Below are positions 62,030 to 64,000 of a stretch of 64,000 bases of DNA, piece after piece. Location: NCBI GenBank assembly GCA_963777315.1, contig CAVZQC010000004.1:512001-576000 (forward strand), given 5' to 3'. The notes beneath the pieces were generated by a model. That model was not told the DNA's origin and did no database searches. It saw only the letters and a list, made by a program, of their open reading frames with translations. Positions within the stretch are counted from its first letter, which is position 1; every line of letters starts with the position of its first letter. The translations under genes were made by a program, and so were the position numbers. Source of the DNA: Vulcanimicrobiota bacterium (GTDB lineage Bacteria; Vulcanimicrobiota; Vulcanimicrobiia; Vulcanimicrobiales; Vulcanimicrobiaceae).

Positions 62030-62075
62030 GATTGCTCTCCTCGGGAGGCGCCGGGGCCAAAGCGGATGCGAAACC

Positions 62076-62150
62076 TGGAGCGGAAGACGAGATTCGAACT
62101 CGCGACCCTCGCCTTGGCAAGGCGATGCTCTACCACTGAGCTACTTCCGC
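62076..62150 (-). tRNA. tRNA-Gly (GCC)
   Basis: GCGGAAGTAGCTCAGTGGTAGAGC-ATCGCCTT-GCC-AAGGCGAGGGTCGCGAGTTCGAATCTCGTCTTCCGCTCCA. Confidence 0.97.
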
Positions 62151-62161
62151 GCGGTCCCTTT

Positions 62162-62243
62162 TGGGCAAGCAGAGACTCGAACTCTGATGGGTTGCCCCAC
62201 TGGAACCTAAATCCAGCGCGTCTACCGGTTCCGCCACTTGCCC
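62162..62243 (-). tRNA. tRNA-Leu (TAG)
   Basis: GGGCAAG acceptor stem, CTGGA-TT-TAG-GT-TCCAG anticodon arm, long variable arm, GTTCGAG T-loop; CCA not encoded. Confidence 0.95.
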
Positions 62244-62314
62244 GCGCCGGCGCGGCGACGCGGTTAAGTATAACGCGGCCGTACCTATTCCTTCAGCGTT
62301 ACGAGGGCTTTGTT

Positions 62315-62764
62315 TCAGTCCGAGAAGTCTTCGACGAACAGCAGCTCACCGGCTGCAGTCACGCTCACGGCGATGCCGACGCGGCGGTAGTTGGGAGAAA
62401 GGATGTTCTCCCTATGCGGCGGGCTCCTAAAGAGCGCCCAATCTGCGATGCGTTCGTCCGGCGCCATAGCGATGTTTTCGCCGGCGTAACGATAGTCGCA
62501 CCCGGCTTGGCGCAAACGGTCGAAGGGTGAATTGCCCTCGGGTGATTCGTGCGCGAAGTAGTTGCGGCGCGCCATGTCGGCCACGTGCACGATCGCGGCG
62601 CGGTCCAAGCGCCGGTCCAGGGCGAGCGCGCCCAAGCCGTGGCGGCGACGCGCGCGGTTGAGATCGCGGTAGAGCGCGGTGGCAGCCCCGGCCGCTATCG
62701 TATGCAGTTCGTTTGCCGCAGGCGAACGGAACGCCAGAGCGGCCATGAGTAATGCGTGAACCAT
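62315..62764 (-). CDS. CAP (SCP) domain protein
   Basis: LNRARRRHGL, HVADM..YFAH, AGENIA, SPPHRENIL. Confidence 0.88.
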   Translation of the reverse strand: MVHALLMAALAFRSPAANELHTIAAGAATALYRDLNRARRRHGLGALALDRRLDRAAIVHVADMARRNYFAHESPEGNSPFDRLRQAGCDYRYAGENIAMAPDERIADWALFRSPPHRENILSPNYRRVGIAVSVTAAGELLFVEDFSD

Positions 62765-62841
62765 CGGTATCGTGACCTATCACAAATGATAGCCACTCAA
62801 GCCGAATATTCAACCCCTGTAACGTTGACGAAAAGACGATA

Positions 62842-64000
62842 TTAAGCTAAAGGCTTCAAACTTCCATCAGCTTCACGCAGCGCCTGACTCCACGCCATAG
62901 CCCGGGCGCCGGACATCTGGCTCGCGGCGGCTTCCGAGCCGACTGCGCTCCGGGCCTCACGCACGACGTTCTCGTAATCGAGCTGATCGGGGGGCTGGCG
63001 CGGCACGCCGATGCTCTCCAGCACCCCGTCGGCAAAGCCCGCCAGGCGCAGGGCGCGTCCCCAGTCCTTTTCTACGAGGGCCAAGCGCGACAGGCAGTCC
63101 AAGCAGTTCGCGCTCAGCCAGTCGTCCTGATATTCCCGCACCAGTTCCAGCGCCCGCCGCAGCGCCGGCCGCGCTGCTTCGACGTTGCCGCGCTTGAGCT
63201 CGAACGCTCCCAGGTTGAGCAGCTGCCATCCCGTCGACTGCGCATCGTGGAGCCGCTCGAGAATGGCCAGGCTTTGCCGGCTCAGCGCGACCGCGCGATC
63301 GTAGTCGCCCACCGTCGCCGCCAGATCGCCCAGATTGCCCAGCAACGACGCGACACCGCGGTCGTCTTCCAGCTGCCGAAACAGCGCCAAACTGTGCTCG
63401 AGCATTTCGCGCGCGCGCGTCCAGTGGCCGCGCCAGTTTTCCGCGAGAGCCTGCCCGTTTATTACGTCGGCCATGCGCCGCACGTCGCCGGTACGCTGCG
63501 CGATCTCCAGCGCCTCGGCCAGCCACGGATCGGCGCGGTCGATGTCGCCGATGCCCGACGATGCGGCCGCGGCCTCGAACAGAGCCGCCGACAAGCCCCG
63601 CTCGTCGCCGAGCTCGCGATACAGCTGCACCGACTGCAATGCCGCATCCAACGCGCGCTTGGAACGGGCAGTGTCGAGCCGCGCCCAGCTGCACAGCAGT
63701 TTCGCGCGCAGCAGTTTCGAAAAATTGGCGTCCTCCCGCGCGAGCAGCTCTTCGATCCACTCTCGACCGGCGGTGTTTCTTCCGAGCTGCTGCCAGTAGT
63801 TGACCAAATCGCAGGTGAGTTCGGCTCCCAGCCGCAGGTCGTATCCCTGCGTAACCGTGAAGCGCAGCGCCGCGCGCAAGTTGTCGAGCTCGAACAGCAT
63901 GGACGTGAGCGCCGGCCGCCACTCGCGCGTGGAATACGCCGCTTCGAGCGCCTGTGCGCGCCTGGCGAAATACCGGGCGTGGAGCAGCGCGTCCCCTTCC
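62842..64000 (-). CDS. TPR-containing C-terminus of an AfsR/NB-ARC-type ATPase regulator (5' end outside window)
   Basis: ELDNLRAAL, repeated SL.LFRQLEDDRGVASLLGNLG helices. Confidence 0.75.
   Translation of the reverse strand, partial: EGDALLHARYFARRAQALEAAYSTREWRPALTSMLFELDNLRAALRFTVTQGYDLRLGAELTCDLVNYWQQLGRNTAGREWIEELLAREDANFSKLLRAKLLCSWARLDTARSKRALDAALQSVQLYRELGDERGLSAALFEAAAASSGIGDIDRADPWLAEALEIAQRTGDVRRMADVINGQALAENWRGHWTRAREMLEHSLALFRQLEDDRGVASLLGNLGDLAATVGDYDRAVALSRQSLAILERLHDAQSTGWQLLNLGAFELKRGNVEAARPALRRALELVREYQDDWLSANCLDCLSRLALVEKDWGRALRLAGFADGVLESIGVPRQPPDQLDYENVVREARSAVGSEAAASQMSGARAMAWSQALREADGSLKPLA

Noticed and set aside
62076..62243. tRNAs as an island integration site for the EPS locus
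   Set aside because: No integrase or att duplication seen; tig-clpP-clpX separate the tRNAs from the locus

Overview
High-GC bacterial chromosomal window; protein style is reminiscent of Eremiobacterota/Vulcanimicrobiota, but that is only an impression. A ~51 kb Wzx/Wzy-type exopolysaccharide/capsule locus (~7.3-58.7 kb) lies between a valS-pyrR-pyrB-pyrC-carA operon and the tRNA-Leu/tRNA-Gly-tig-clpP-clpX region. The locus encodes Wza, Wzc, a flippase, a Wzy-like polymerase, a priming transferase, about 8 glycosyltransferases and a WbpA/B/E/D/I-like diacetamido-uronic acid pathway. Its tailoring set is unusually rich: (i) an acyltransferase-ACP-SerRS-like amino acid:carrier-protein ligase-GNAT operon; (ii) an FkbH-ACP-deacetylase-acyltransferase-tandem-GT operon; (iii) a D-glucuronyl C5-epimerase homolog; (iv) four secreted putative glycoside hydrolases, three with a clear FN3 insertion; (v) two GINT1-like propeller proteins. 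Seven genes, including essential valS, carry single-base frameshifts, all at or beside AGCT. These are most likely sequencing errors that betray an AGCT-methylating host enzyme. All calls come from reading motifs by eye; no searches were run.
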